A stretch of DNA of 64,000 bases from Sedimentisphaerales bacterium (GTDB lineage: Bacteria > Planctomycetota > Phycisphaerae > Sedimentisphaerales > Anaerobacaceae), in contig OY970194.1 in NCBI GenBank assembly GCA_963708075.1, positions 3,200,001-3,264,000 of the forward strand, written 5' to 3'. Position numbers and translations under genes: made by a program. The notes beneath the pieces are model-generated. The model was not told the origin of the DNA. It did no database searches and was given only the letters and a program-made list of their open reading frames with translations. Of this stretch, positions 29,302-39,302 are shown piece after piece. Within the stretch, counting starts at the first letter, position 1, and every line of letters starts with the position of its first letter.

Positions 29302-30563
29302 TCTACGTGTTCCCGCCTGACCGGATCTGATGCCCGCAGTGGCAGCCTCTTGCCGGATAATGGCTCCGCTCCAGACAGGCTCTCGTGCGTTTGCCAGGGC
29401 ACTGAGCTCAGGAAGTCGATCATGCCTTGCTTTTCTCTCGCCAGGACATCCATGTCGAGTTGCGTCGGTCGGCGCGTGACGTCCCCGCCACCCACTCTCT
29501 CGATAATGGAGGCTCGGCCGCTTCGTGAAATCAGCATCGCGGGCCGCCCGTATGACATCGTGACCAGGGCGGCGTGAATGCGGTCCGTCAGAGTGAGTTC
29601 CGTCTGACCGTAGAGATTGTAATACGTATAGGGCAGGTCGCCCGCAAAAGCGTTGGGACCGCGAAAGATGCGCCGGAGCATCAACGGGTTCAGGGCATGG
29701 TCGGTGCGCACGATCATCATCTCACCCGCCTGCTTCTGCCGAGTGCCATGCAGCCCCATGGGCCCTAGGGTGAACGCGTAGCCCTTGTCCAGAAGCTGCG
29801 ACAATTTCAGTCGAATCTTCGGGAACTGAAGCAGCCACTCGTGGCCTCTGAAATCGAATCGGACTGACTTGCCCGGCGCCGAGTCCGCAGAGCCGGGCGC
29901 CGACAACGCACCGTTGTTCGAGACGTGAATGAATGGCTCCGGTGTCTTGTCGAAGTTCAGAACGATGTACGGCGGGAGGTCCGTCCGGATGGGCTCGAAA
30001 ACATCGGGCACGAAGTAGGCGCAATCAATGCCGTCATACGAATGCTCTGAGACGTCGCGGAAGATCTCATAAGTCCTGTGATCGCGCGAGATGAATACGT
30101 GGGGAGGGTATTGTTTCAGCAGGTCCCTGCAAAGCTCGATCTCCTTCGGGCTGTAGTCGTAGTGCCCCGCGCCGATGAACAGGACTTTGGTGCCTGCCTG
30201 GTACAGGTGGCGGAACGACTCTCCCCAGATGCGAGGAAACTGCTCGGTGAGGCAACTGCCCGCCACGACGACGTAGTCGGGCCGGATATGATCGAGGTAG
30301 CGCAGGCTGTTGCGAGGCTCGTGACGATAGTTCCGTCCCGGCATCAGATTCAGGAATGCGGCCTGGTCGGTGAGCAGAACGGCCCGGCAGTTGGGGATGG
30401 CCCGCTCCAGGACATACTTGATCCCTTCGGCAAAAAAGGCATTGCCGATGTTAGTGGACCATCCGATAGGGATGGCGACAGTCACCGGCTTACGACCGGT
30501 CAACGGGGTAACCTTCATCAAGGGCGAGTTGACACGCCGAGCGTCGATTATCTCTGAACTCAT
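29298..30563 (-). CDS. Polysaccharide pyruvyl transferase family protein
   Basis: NIGNAF, FIGAG, ISRDHRTY, DCAY, TDRIHAALV motifs. Start probably ATG 30563. Confidence 0.75.
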   Translation of the reverse strand: MSSEIIDARRVNSPLMKVTPLTGRKPVTVAIPIGWSTNIGNAFFAEGIKYVLERAIPNCRAVLLTDQAAFLNLMPGRNYRHEPRNSLRYLDHIRPDYVVVAGSCLTEQFPRIWGESFRHLYQAGTKVLFIGAGHYDYSPKEIELCRDLLKQYPPHVFISRDHRTYEIFRDVSEHSYDGIDCAYFVPDVFEPIRTDLPPYIVLNFDKTPEPFIHVSNNGALSAPGSADSAPGKSVRFDFRGHEWLLQFPKIRLKLSQLLDKGYAFTLGPMGLHGTRQKQAGEMMIVRTDHALNPLMLRRIFRGPNAFAGDLPYTYYNLYGQTELTLTDRIHAALVTMSYGRPAMLISRSGRASIIERVGGGDVTRRPTQLDMDVLAREKQGMIDFLSSVPWQTHESLSGAEPLSGKRLPLRASDPVRREHVE

Positions 30564-30597
30564 GCGATTCCTTCTGAAGAATGGATCATAATCCGCG

Positions 30598-31788
30598 TCA
30601 TCCTCCTGCGCCGTGATGCTGCACTGCGACGGTCTCTCTTGCGCGTTCGTCTTTCGGCCGGAAAGAGGAACACGACCCTGTAGACGATTCGACTGGCTCA
30701 GGGCACGTCCGCTCAAATACTCGGGCAGGTTCTGAGCCTGATCGACCCCCGCAAAGCACGGCGAGCATGGCGGGACTCCAACGATTGAGTATCCCAAACG
30801 CTGCAATAAGAAGCAGGGTGGCCACTATCGGCGGGACCACGTACACAAGCAGCGCAGGAACCTCCGATTGGGGGAGGTGTAACGCCCATACGCCCTTGCG
30901 CACCGTTTGAAGGATGATTCCATGCCCCACGTACGCAAAGAAGGCCACCGGTGCAAGCCGCACCAAAAGGCCGGAGTGCACGCGCCCGGCCGCTGCCCAC
31001 CAAAAGCCGATACACAGCAGCGTACAGAGCTTCATCAGGACGTCGGATGATACGCCTTGTGACTCTCCAACGACCTTCACGGCTACCAGGATCGGATAGA
31101 GAATCAGGAACCACCGCTCACGTCGGCCGATGTCCGTCGGGAACTGGCTCAGGTACAGCCCGCCTGTGAAAAAGACGACCGCAAAGATCGAATGACGCAT
31201 CCACAATGGCCAGGGCAGAAAGTACAGTACAAGTAGCGCAAAGACCACACAGACGCGACCCTTGCGGCAGACATGCCACAAGACAGGCGAGACAATTGAA
31301 ACAATGATGAGGTACTTGAGAAACCACAGGGGACCATTTATGGGAGTTTCATTAAATCCGCAGAAGGCATTGAGCACGTCGAAGACTGCGAGGTGACTCA
31401 CGTCGAGCGTGCCGCCGGTGAAATACTTGCTGGTCGCCGGAGTAAGTTGGCCGATAACCTGGACACCCAGGGCAACCGCGTTCCAGATCAAATACGGTAC
31501 GATGAGGGTGTGCAACCGTGATCTCATCTTTCGACGGTACACTGACAGGGTCGGAGCTTGCTGCCTGTAGAACAAATATCCGCTGATCAGAAAGAGCAGT
31601 GGGACTGCGCCGGACGGCAATTCGTGGGACACGATCGCCTGGACCGTGTTTGTCACCGGAAAAGATCGAAGAGACGGATTCCAACTGTGAATGAGGATTA
31701 CGAGGAAAATGAGGGGAAATCGTAATCGCGTGATTCGGTCCGAGGTAGTGTCTACACTTCCCATTTCGATTCCCATGAAGGCCGTCAA
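30598..31788 (-). CDS. Acyltransferase family 3 (polysaccharide O-acyltransferase)
   Basis: LRFPLIFLVILIH, AVPLLFLISGYLF, LIVPYLIWN, PLWFLKYL; multiple TM helices. Confidence 0.88.
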   Translation of the reverse strand: MTAFMGIEMGSVDTTSDRITRLRFPLIFLVILIHSWNPSLRSFPVTNTVQAIVSHELPSGAVPLLFLISGYLFYRQQAPTLSVYRRKMRSRLHTLIVPYLIWNAVALGVQVIGQLTPATSKYFTGGTLDVSHLAVFDVLNAFCGFNETPINGPLWFLKYLIIVSIVSPVLWHVCRKGRVCVVFALLVLYFLPWPLWMRHSIFAVVFFTGGLYLSQFPTDIGRRERWFLILYPILVAVKVVGESQGVSSDVLMKLCTLLCIGFWWAAAGRVHSGLLVRLAPVAFFAYVGHGIILQTVRKGVWALHLPQSEVPALLVYVVPPIVATLLLIAAFGILNRWSPAMLAVLCGGRSGSEPARVFERTCPEPVESSTGSCSSFRPKDERARETVAVQHHGAGG

Positions 31789-33005
31789 TTCGCCACAACG
31801 GCATTCTCAGAGGCTCGTGTGCTGATCTGTTCCACAACGGAAGCGACGAGCCTGTCATATCTCAGCCATCGGTTCGCACGAGCCAGAACTTCGCGCGCCT
31901 CACATCTGTCTTCCACAGATTTCGATGCCATCGAGTCCGCAAAGTCTATCAACCGATGGGCTAATTCCTCGGGCTGCGCAGGATCGAAGAACGCCGCCTG
32001 CGAGGGATGGCGAATGAGGTGATCCATCGTGCCATTGTTGGCCAGACACACGGTCAGCCCCGTGCCAAGAGCCGCCTGGCATGAGATGCTGGCATTGGGC
32101 AGCACGCCGATATCGGCGGCATTGTACAGTTCATTCAATCTCACCTGTTCCGCGAAAGGCAGGCAATGAACACGGGCGGCCGCCGGGCTCTGCCGAATGG
32201 ATTGTTCCAGCCTCGTCGACACAGCATCGTCGCCAAAGCCCACGAGGATCGCGTGCAACGTGGGCCGGGCTTGCAGGGCGGAACAAATCGCCCTCACCGT
32301 GTTACGGTTGCGTTCTTCCTTCCGTGCCACAGAGAATCGACATGAGAAGATGACCACCACGTCGGTTGGAGCGATGCCAAGTTTCTCCCGTGTCGATTGG
32401 GAAGTCGATGCGCACCATTGATAGACATGAGGAGAGAACCCGAGAGGCAGGTGCAGTATACGGCGATCGATCTCTTCTCGTTCCTTCGCAGAGAACAAGA
32501 GATGCAGAATCCCACGAGTCTCGGGGACTGTCACGAAGATGCAACTACTCCGGCGGCAAGCTTCACGCGTGATCCGGCCCCGTAGAATGCGCCAACTGAT
32601 GGCATGTAGTCTCTGGCAAAGCCGAATCCCCCGCTTTCGCCAATCGAACTCGTGCATCCCTCGATTGAGACCGAAGAAGCTCACGATTGGCGCCTCATTG
32701 TACGATATCAGGTCTCGGCCAAAGAACTGCTCGACCTGAAACCAGAGAATCAACTGCGGTGCGTACTCGGCGACCATGGTCCGCAAACCGGACGAAAGGA
32801 GTACTCCGTGCGGCCACCGTCGCGCAGGCAGAGCACACAGTTCATAGGCCTGGGCACTGATCGACGTTGTGGGCGGACCGCCATTGGAACAGGTTGCCGA
32901 GAACACACGAACAGAATGCCCGGCGCGCGACAGTTCTTCCGCCCAGAAGTTCTCCTGATAGCCCCAGCCCGCACGAAAGGTTCCGGATATGATCGCAATT
33001 CGCAT
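31785..33005 (-). CDS. Glycosyltransferase (GT4-like)
   Basis: GYQENFWA..L.RAGHSV, ELYNAADIGVLP GT-B features. Confidence 0.8.
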   Translation of the reverse strand: MRIAIISGTFRAGWGYQENFWAEELSRAGHSVRVFSATCSNGGPPTTSISAQAYELCALPARRWPHGVLLSSGLRTMVAEYAPQLILWFQVEQFFGRDLISYNEAPIVSFFGLNRGMHEFDWRKRGIRLCQRLHAISWRILRGRITREACRRSSCIFVTVPETRGILHLLFSAKEREEIDRRILHLPLGFSPHVYQWCASTSQSTREKLGIAPTDVVVIFSCRFSVARKEERNRNTVRAICSALQARPTLHAILVGFGDDAVSTRLEQSIRQSPAAARVHCLPFAEQVRLNELYNAADIGVLPNASISCQAALGTGLTVCLANNGTMDHLIRHPSQAAFFDPAQPEELAHRLIDFADSMASKSVEDRCEAREVLARANRWLRYDRLVASVVEQISTRASENAVVAN

Positions 33006-33006
33006 C

Positions 33007-34308
33007 TCATACGCTCCGGTATGTCGCGATGGCCTCTCTCATGAGTTCTTCCGACCGTCGCGCCACGGCGTCATAGGAGAAGTGCCTCAGGACTGCGGCC
33101 CTGCCGCGCCGGCCCAGGTTCTTTCGCAGCACATTATCTTGCACGAGCTGCTGAATCTTGGCTTGCAGGTCATCCACGTTGCCTGACTCGTAGCACATTC
33201 CCACGCCGTGCTCAGCTCGCCAACGGCTGGCCGGCAGGTCGGTCATGATGACGGGCAGTTCACACGCCGCTGCCTCCAGGCAGCTCAGCGACGTGCCGGC
33301 CGGATAGACGGCTATTTCCGCCATCGAGTACACTGCCGCCAGTTCCGTGACTGGAACAAGCGGGATAAAGTGCACCTGGCCGGGCACCCCAAGCGACTCG
33401 GCCGGGGCCCGCACGCGGGAAAGGTATTCTTCGTCGCCGCCTCCCACGAACACAAGATGCAGGTGCGCGTTATCCCTCAGAAGAGGAGCTACGGCCTCAG
33501 CCAGCAAATGCGGTGCCTTGCGAGGTGCCAGCTTGCCCGTCTGAAGAACGACTGTTGCCCGTTCCGGCAGCCCGAATCGATGGCGAGTGGTCGCCCGCGT
33601 CTCGCCGCCGGGTTGAAAAAGGTCTGTATCTACCGCCAAAGGAAGGCACTCAATGGCGCAGGGGTCGATGCCCTGCTCTCTCGCAAGGAAGTCGCAGCAC
33701 TCGTCCGCCACGCCTAGGAACTTGTATGCTGTCCTGCCCAGCAATCGCGGGGAGAGAAACCGGAGGAGCCGGTAATAAATGGCCCCGTAAAGCCGCCGGT
33801 TACGGCTGGAAAAGACCATATGATTATCTATCAGCATCGGCAGTCCGAGACGCCGGGCAAGCCGTGCAGCCCGGAACACCGCCGGTGAGCCGGTCCCGTG
33901 CACGAACAGCACGTCCGGACCAATCCGCGAGATCGTCTCCTCCATCTTCAGCAACCATGGACGAGATTTCACCTCGAACGCAACCGGCAGGCGATGGATA
34001 TGTACCCCCTCGATCACGGACACGCCCCGCGGGAGTATCCGTGGGCCCAGCAGCTTGCCCCAGGTTGCCTCATAGCTTCGGATGGGCGTATAACGGTCTG
34101 ATGTGACAATATGCACGTCATGCCCGTGCCTTCGGTTCCACTTTGGAAGGAGGAATTCTTGATACCCCAACTGGGGCATCAGGTAGTCGACCACGTGAAC
34201 GATGCGGAACTTGTCCTGCTCCGGCGTATCGGCCGTACTCACACGCCTGCTGGCAGGCGTCGTCAGCTTCGCTCCGCAATGCCCGTTCCTCATCGAGACG
34301 CTCCGCAT
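33007..34308 (-). CDS. Glycosyltransferase family 4
   Basis: LGYQE, GHDVHIVT, PLAVDTDLF, GKLAPRK, LEAAACELPVI. Confidence 0.88.
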   Translation of the reverse strand: MRSVSMRNGHCGAKLTTPASRRVSTADTPEQDKFRIVHVVDYLMPQLGYQEFLLPKWNRRHGHDVHIVTSDRYTPIRSYEATWGKLLGPRILPRGVSVIEGVHIHRLPVAFEVKSRPWLLKMEETISRIGPDVLFVHGTGSPAVFRAARLARRLGLPMLIDNHMVFSSRNRRLYGAIYYRLLRFLSPRLLGRTAYKFLGVADECCDFLAREQGIDPCAIECLPLAVDTDLFQPGGETRATTRHRFGLPERATVVLQTGKLAPRKAPHLLAEAVAPLLRDNAHLHLVFVGGGDEEYLSRVRAPAESLGVPGQVHFIPLVPVTELAAVYSMAEIAVYPAGTSLSCLEAAACELPVIMTDLPASRWRAEHGVGMCYESGNVDDLQAKIQQLVQDNVLRKNLGRRGRAAVLRHFSYDAVARRSEELMREAIATYRSV

Positions 34309-34315
34309 GATTAGC

Positions 34316-35761
34316 CTAACACTGTTCCTGATAGGAGAGCCCCTCGTAAGATATTCGTGGGCACCTTGTTCCCGTCAGCATCGAAACACATGAATTGAAC
34401 AGGACCACCTGAACGCCAAAGGCCAAACTGACATCAATCGCCAGACTGTAGAGGCCATGCCCCCGGGCATACATCAACAGTGAACTGTATCCCACGGCAA
34501 GGTAGATATAAGGCCACACATTGCCGGTCCGAAGCATCGAAAGGTAGAAGAAGAAAACACGGTTCAGAAGATAGAATATGAGCGTCACACAAAGCACTCC
34601 AAACACGTGGAAGTTCCAGAAGTACTCCGCATACACATTGATTCCGGTGGAACACCCCGTCCGTCGCCACGCCGGGTTCCAATGGGTCGTGTATATGTCC
34701 ACCATACTCTTGGGTTTATTCGGCCAGATCGATCGCGGCACAGCAATAAAGATGACTTTGGCAAGCGTGCTGCCATAACACAGGAGTGACCGATCCTTCA
34801 GAACATAATGGATGGCGTTGTTTGAATGGAAGAACGTCGTCGGGCCCTCCGTCTGCTTGAGGGAGTAGGTCATCACGTTCTCAAGCCCCACGAACTTGTC
34901 TATGCTGGCGAATGTCTGCCAATAAGAGCCTTTGAAACCATCGATTCCCCTGGCGATTGTCATGGTCATCTGAAGGACGACGACCAAGGCGAGGACGGCA
35001 AGACACCCCAAGACCCGCCGGAGCGATAGACGAAGGCCTTCTTGAAGATGAGCCGCTTCGATAAAGGCAAGGGAAACCACGAGTACGAGAACCACCCTCC
35101 TATTCTCATAGTTGGCAGCGGCGAACAACAGCAGCAGGCCGACATACGCCAGGAATCGGTATCGCCACCTGGCCCTCGCCAGCGTAATCGAAATCACAAG
35201 GAACCCGAACATCCGCGGGATGGTAGAGAAGTTTCCGGATCCGCCGAATACGGAAAGTCCCACGCTCACGACGGAGAATACCGACAGGAGAATGCCACCG
35301 ATGATCAGTTGAGGAATATAGGGCCGGAGAGAACTCCGTACCGGATGCGGGTCGCCCGCAGGTCGTCCTCTCTTCGCCAGGAAGAACGCGAAGACAGCAC
35401 ATATGTTGCACATCATGAAATAGAATGTTGCGAAGTTGTAGCGGTCCCACCGGCCGAAATCCACAAGATCCTTTGGGGAGAGCACATAGCCGTTCGCGAA
35501 GGCAAATCCGCCTATCACAAAGGAAAGACAGACGTAGCTGACGATCAGAAAGGACGGGGAGAAGAGAAATGCGGCGCGATCCCGTGCATTGAAGAAGACG
35601 GGCAGAAGAAGAAGATAGTGGGCAAGGTACACAATGTGTGTATGGGCCTTCAGGAAGTCCTGGGGGACCAGAAGCACGCTGTAGATCAGCGCCGCCTGTG
35701 CACCGAACACAGCGAGTGCCACTCTCATATCCCGCAAGGAGCCCGGCAGATTGCCCATCAA
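34316..35761 (-). CDS. wzy: Wzy-type polysaccharide polymerase
   Basis: ~10-12 TM helices, PRSIWPNKP and AEYFWNF motifs, lower GC than flanks, next to the flippase. Confidence 0.75.
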   Translation of the reverse strand: MMGNLPGSLRDMRVALAVFGAQAALIYSVLLVPQDFLKAHTHIVYLAHYLLLLPVFFNARDRAAFLFSPSFLIVSYVCLSFVIGGFAFANGYVLSPKDLVDFGRWDRYNFATFYFMMCNICAVFAFFLAKRGRPAGDPHPVRSSLRPYIPQLIIGGILLSVFSVVSVGLSVFGGSGNFSTIPRMFGFLVISITLARARWRYRFLAYVGLLLLFAAANYENRRVVLVLVVSLAFIEAAHLQEGLRLSLRRVLGCLAVLALVVVLQMTMTIARGIDGFKGSYWQTFASIDKFVGLENVMTYSLKQTEGPTTFFHSNNAIHYVLKDRSLLCYGSTLAKVIFIAVPRSIWPNKPKSMVDIYTTHWNPAWRRTGCSTGINVYAEYFWNFHVFGVLCVTLIFYLLNRVFFFYLSMLRTGNVWPYIYLAVGYSSLLMYARGHGLYSLAIDVSLAFGVQVVLFNSCVSMLTGTRCPRISYEGLSYQEQC

Positions 35762-37353
35762 GCACCCGCCTGTGATTCACAACATTTGCCCCTGGCAAAC
35801 GCAGATCGTATATATCGAGCGCTGCGTGCAAGGGTGCCAGGATCAACGGCCAAGATGCTCGCCACGTAGGTGGATATCCCCACCGATAACCCTATGACGA
35901 GCGTCTCTATCATGCCCATCTGTCGCGCGACCGTCGCTTTGACGATGCAGACCGCGAGAGCCATTACGACGGACGCCACGCATGCGGGCAGAAGCGTCCG
36001 GACGTACTGCCCGACCCGCACGTGAACCAGCCTGGAGGCCGCCAGCAGAAGCACCGGCAGAGACAGCAGCGACACAACGACCTGAGCCCAGGCGATGGCC
36101 ACAATGCCGGCGTGCACCGTCAAAAGAACGGCGATCAGCGTGAGGATCACGGTCATCCATTCCAGGCAGAAATGCCATCTCGGCCGGCCATACGCGAGCA
36201 CCAGGTACCGCTTCAGATAGCAGACCGTGCGGATCATGCCCACAAGGCTCAGGGCGCGCATCGCCGGCACCGCCGGCGTCCACTCGTCTCCGAAGACAAC
36301 GGCAACGATTTCCGGCGCGAGCACCGCGATTGCCGTGAAGACGGGAAATGAGAACAGGGCGATCTGGCCGGTCGCCTTGAGAAAGACGGCCCGTCCCTGC
36401 TCCGGCTGCTGCTGCAGTCGGGCGAAGGCCGGCAATGACACCTTGGCCACCACCCCGCTGATCATATCCTGGACCATGCGAGCACAACGGTACGCCACAC
36501 TGAACAATCCGACGGCCATCGGGCCCAGGAAGAGGCCGATGATCATATCCGCCGCATAGAGATGCGTGAACGAGGCGAGCTGACCGCCCACCACGTACTT
36601 GCCGAAGTCGAACATGTCCCGGAACTGCGCCCATCGGAAGCGCAGGTGAGGCCGCCAGTCACTTTGCCACCATATGACGATGGACTCACACGCGCGGGTA
36701 GTGATCTGGTAGAGCACGAGCGACCAGACGCCGCAGCCGTTCAACGCGGCCACCGTCCCGACCACTCCCCCTGCGGACACTCCGACCATGCTCGCAAGTG
36801 CGAGCGAACGAAACCGGAAATTGCGGAAATGCAGCGCCCGCTGCACGATGGTGAGCGCACCGATGATGAACAGCGGCGACAGGCCGCGCACGATCCCGGC
36901 CAGTCGCGGCTCATGGAAAACCCAGCCCACGACCGGCGCCCCTGCGACCGTGGCCAGGGCCAGCACCAGGCTCAGCGTCACATTCATCCAGAACGCCGCG
37001 TTCAGGTGATCCGGGTGAAGTTGTTCCCGCTGGATGACCGCATGTCCGAAGCCCTGGTCCTGGAAGACCATCAGGAAGCCAATGTAGACGCTGCTCAGGG
37101 CGACGAGGCCGAATGCCTGGGGGCCAAGCAGCCTCGCCAGGATGGCGAAGAACAGCAGCGTGAGCACCCGGTTGCCCCAGAGACATACGGCCGACCAGAA
37201 GGTCGCATGGAGGATCTTCTGCCGAGAGATCGGGGGCGAAGCTTTGGCTTGCGAGCCATCCGCGGCGAGGTCTTCCGATTTTATGGCGCTGTCAGTCGTG
37301 GTATCGATGCTCCGAAATGCACGCAACGGTTTTCCGGCGTCGCATCGGTTCAT
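35758..37353 (-). CDS. wzx: Wzx flippase (WzxC-like)
   Basis: LARLLGPQAFGLVAL, GFGHAVIQR, GVWSLV, LPAFARLQ, FGDEWTPAVP. ATG 37353 overlaps the upstream stop (ATGA). Confidence 0.9.
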   Translation of the reverse strand: MNRCDAGKPLRAFRSIDTTTDSAIKSEDLAADGSQAKASPPISRQKILHATFWSAVCLWGNRVLTLLFFAILARLLGPQAFGLVALSSVYIGFLMVFQDQGFGHAVIQREQLHPDHLNAAFWMNVTLSLVLALATVAGAPVVGWVFHEPRLAGIVRGLSPLFIIGALTIVQRALHFRNFRFRSLALASMVGVSAGGVVGTVAALNGCGVWSLVLYQITTRACESIVIWWQSDWRPHLRFRWAQFRDMFDFGKYVVGGQLASFTHLYAADMIIGLFLGPMAVGLFSVAYRCARMVQDMISGVVAKVSLPAFARLQQQPEQGRAVFLKATGQIALFSFPVFTAIAVLAPEIVAVVFGDEWTPAVPAMRALSLVGMIRTVCYLKRYLVLAYGRPRWHFCLEWMTVILTLIAVLLTVHAGIVAIAWAQVVVSLLSLPVLLLAASRLVHVRVGQYVRTLLPACVASVVMALAVCIVKATVARQMGMIETLVIGLSVGISTYVASILAVDPGTLARSARYIRSAFARGKCCESQAGA

Positions 37354-38165
37354 TTCGTCAGGACAAAATAGGCAGATGTGGGCCTGATCTTGTGGAAGAG
37401 CCGCGTTGCATGGTACCGCACGTTGCGCCGAAACAATCGGGAAAGGACGGCGTCCATACGGACCGCAACCGGGCAATTGAACGGGTGCATCCCGAGGCGA
37501 ACGCAAATCTTCGGAATTGGGGGACAAACGCACAAGCGACGGCTGATGACGCGGAAACCGACGCCGGCTATTATGGCATCAAGAATGTGGACCGGAATCC
37601 CTCGCTCCCGTTTGGTCGCACGCCGCCTCGGTTTTGACCAGTCCCCCATGGAGATGATCGGCTCGCGGAGCAGCAGGCACCCACCCGGCGAAAGGCACCT
37701 GTACAACTCCTTCACCACGGTCGTCACGTTCGGGATGTGATGGAGAACGCCGAGGCACGTTGCCAGTTCGAACGATCCATCCTCGAAAGGCATGAGACCA
37801 TCCACAGACGGCTTGACATAGTCGCACGGCACCCCCCCCACATCCGTCATCTGGAATGCGTCCGACGGATCGACAACGGTGATACGGCCGATCTGGCTCA
37901 CGATCGGCAGGAACTCGTCGCCATACGCACTTCCCAGACCCAGGGCCGATCTGAATCTCCTGCCCCGGAGGAACCGGAAGCCGTGCAGCCGATTGAGCGC
38001 ATGGTACTCGTAGGTGTAGGACGCCCGGCTTTTGTCCCCAAGCTTCGCATAGCCCTCTCGCTCGTCCTCGTACCACCCGCGAATCTCGGGGAGACTGAAG
38101 TCGTCGCCGTAGAGTCTCGTCCCTGCCAGGTATTCGTTCATGCCAGCGTGCTCTGTCTGATCCAC
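37350..38165 (-). CDS. Class I SAM-dependent methyltransferase
   Basis: LGLGSAYG motif I, PFEDGSFE, VLHHIP, LSPGG. Start 38165 or 38141. Confidence 0.85.
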   Translation of the reverse strand: MDQTEHAGMNEYLAGTRLYGDDFSLPEIRGWYEDEREGYAKLGDKSRASYTYEYHALNRLHGFRFLRGRRFRSALGLGSAYGDEFLPIVSQIGRITVVDPSDAFQMTDVGGVPCDYVKPSVDGLMPFEDGSFELATCLGVLHHIPNVTTVVKELYRCLSPGGCLLLREPIISMGDWSKPRRRATKRERGIPVHILDAIIAGVGFRVISRRLCVCPPIPKICVRLGMHPFNCPVAVRMDAVLSRLFRRNVRYHATRLFHKIRPTSAYFVLTK

Positions 38166-38235
38166 TGAGAGGCGCCTTGGAAGGAAGCTATTGGAGCGGA
38201 TGTTCCGGGCTAATGAGCAGGACAGATGCCGAGCG

Positions 38236-39237
38236 TCAAGGATGCGTCACCAGCTCTTCAGGGGCCGGCGTTTCCTCCACAGCGGCCTTTTTCTGCCCGT
38301 TGTGGCCGGGGGCGCCAGCTCGTCGGCATGCGGCGGCCTTTCGCCACCGGGTCGCACGCTGGAATTGCCGGGCCATGCCGGTCTGCCTGGTCTCCTCGCG
38401 GTATTCCAGGAAGAACGCCAGAAACACGGCCAACGTGAGAGAACCCGCGCCGGCCATCGTCACCATCTTTCTCCTATGCGGCGCGAATTTCCGCATCGGC
38501 GGGACGGCCTCATCGAGGACCTGGATGGTCGGCATACTCTTGGCCTCTTCGATCTTCGCCATCTCGTATTCCCGGATGAGAAGCTCATAGAGCGTCTCCT
38601 GCACCCTCGCCTCGTGAGTGGGGATCGTCTCAATCCGGCTGAATTTCTCCTCGATCTCTTTCAAGCGGTTTTCAAGGAACAACCGCTTGCCCGTCGCGTG
38701 GCCGGTGGACAGCCTCTTGTTCTGCCGATCCAGCGCTTCCACATAGGCGTTGGCGATCGCGGCGGCGCGGACCGGATCTTCATCGACGACGGAAATCTCC
38801 ACGATGCCCTCCTCGCCGACCTTAATGCTGGAGTTCGCCCGGAGTCGATCCACCGCCCGCCATTTGCACTCGCGACATTCATACACCTGTATCAGGTTGA
38901 AGCGGTCCACGATGGTGTCAAGCACAACGCGGCTCTTCAGAATCCCCACGTAGAGATCCGCAATGTCGCCTGTGTTCATTGCCTTTCGAAACAGTGCGCC
39001 TTCGCCGCCGCTCAGGAGGCCGCCAACCACCATGCCCAGATCGCTGCTCTGCACGGATGCCGGCAAGACGACGGAGACCGTCGCGCGATAGGTCTCCCTC
39101 ATGACCAGGCTCCAGGCGGCCGTGGCCATGACAATCGGCACACAAACCAGCAGCACCAGCCGCCAATGCCTCAGCACGATGCGAACGAAATCGAAGATGC
39201 TGGCTTCGTGAATGCCGGATGGTGTCTGTACGTCCAT
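38236..39237 (-). CDS. Wzz-family chain-length determinant / polysaccharide co-polymerase (no kinase domain)
   Basis: Two TM helices flanking a periplasmic coiled coil; ILKSR, DPVRAAAIANAY, IQVLDEAVPP..PHR. Confidence 0.82.
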   Translation of the reverse strand: MDVQTPSGIHEASIFDFVRIVLRHWRLVLLVCVPIVMATAAWSLVMRETYRATVSVVLPASVQSSDLGMVVGGLLSGGEGALFRKAMNTGDIADLYVGILKSRVVLDTIVDRFNLIQVYECRECKWRAVDRLRANSSIKVGEEGIVEISVVDEDPVRAAAIANAYVEALDRQNKRLSTGHATGKRLFLENRLKEIEEKFSRIETIPTHEARVQETLYELLIREYEMAKIEEAKSMPTIQVLDEAVPPMRKFAPHRRKMVTMAGAGSLTLAVFLAFFLEYREETRQTGMARQFQRATRWRKAAACRRAGAPGHNGQKKAAVEETPAPEELVTHP

Positions 39238-39302
39238 TATCACTCCGTTACGTGTTGACCACTCGCGTACTCGTGGCCGCTGCTGTCGATCCGACGCCGC
39301 TG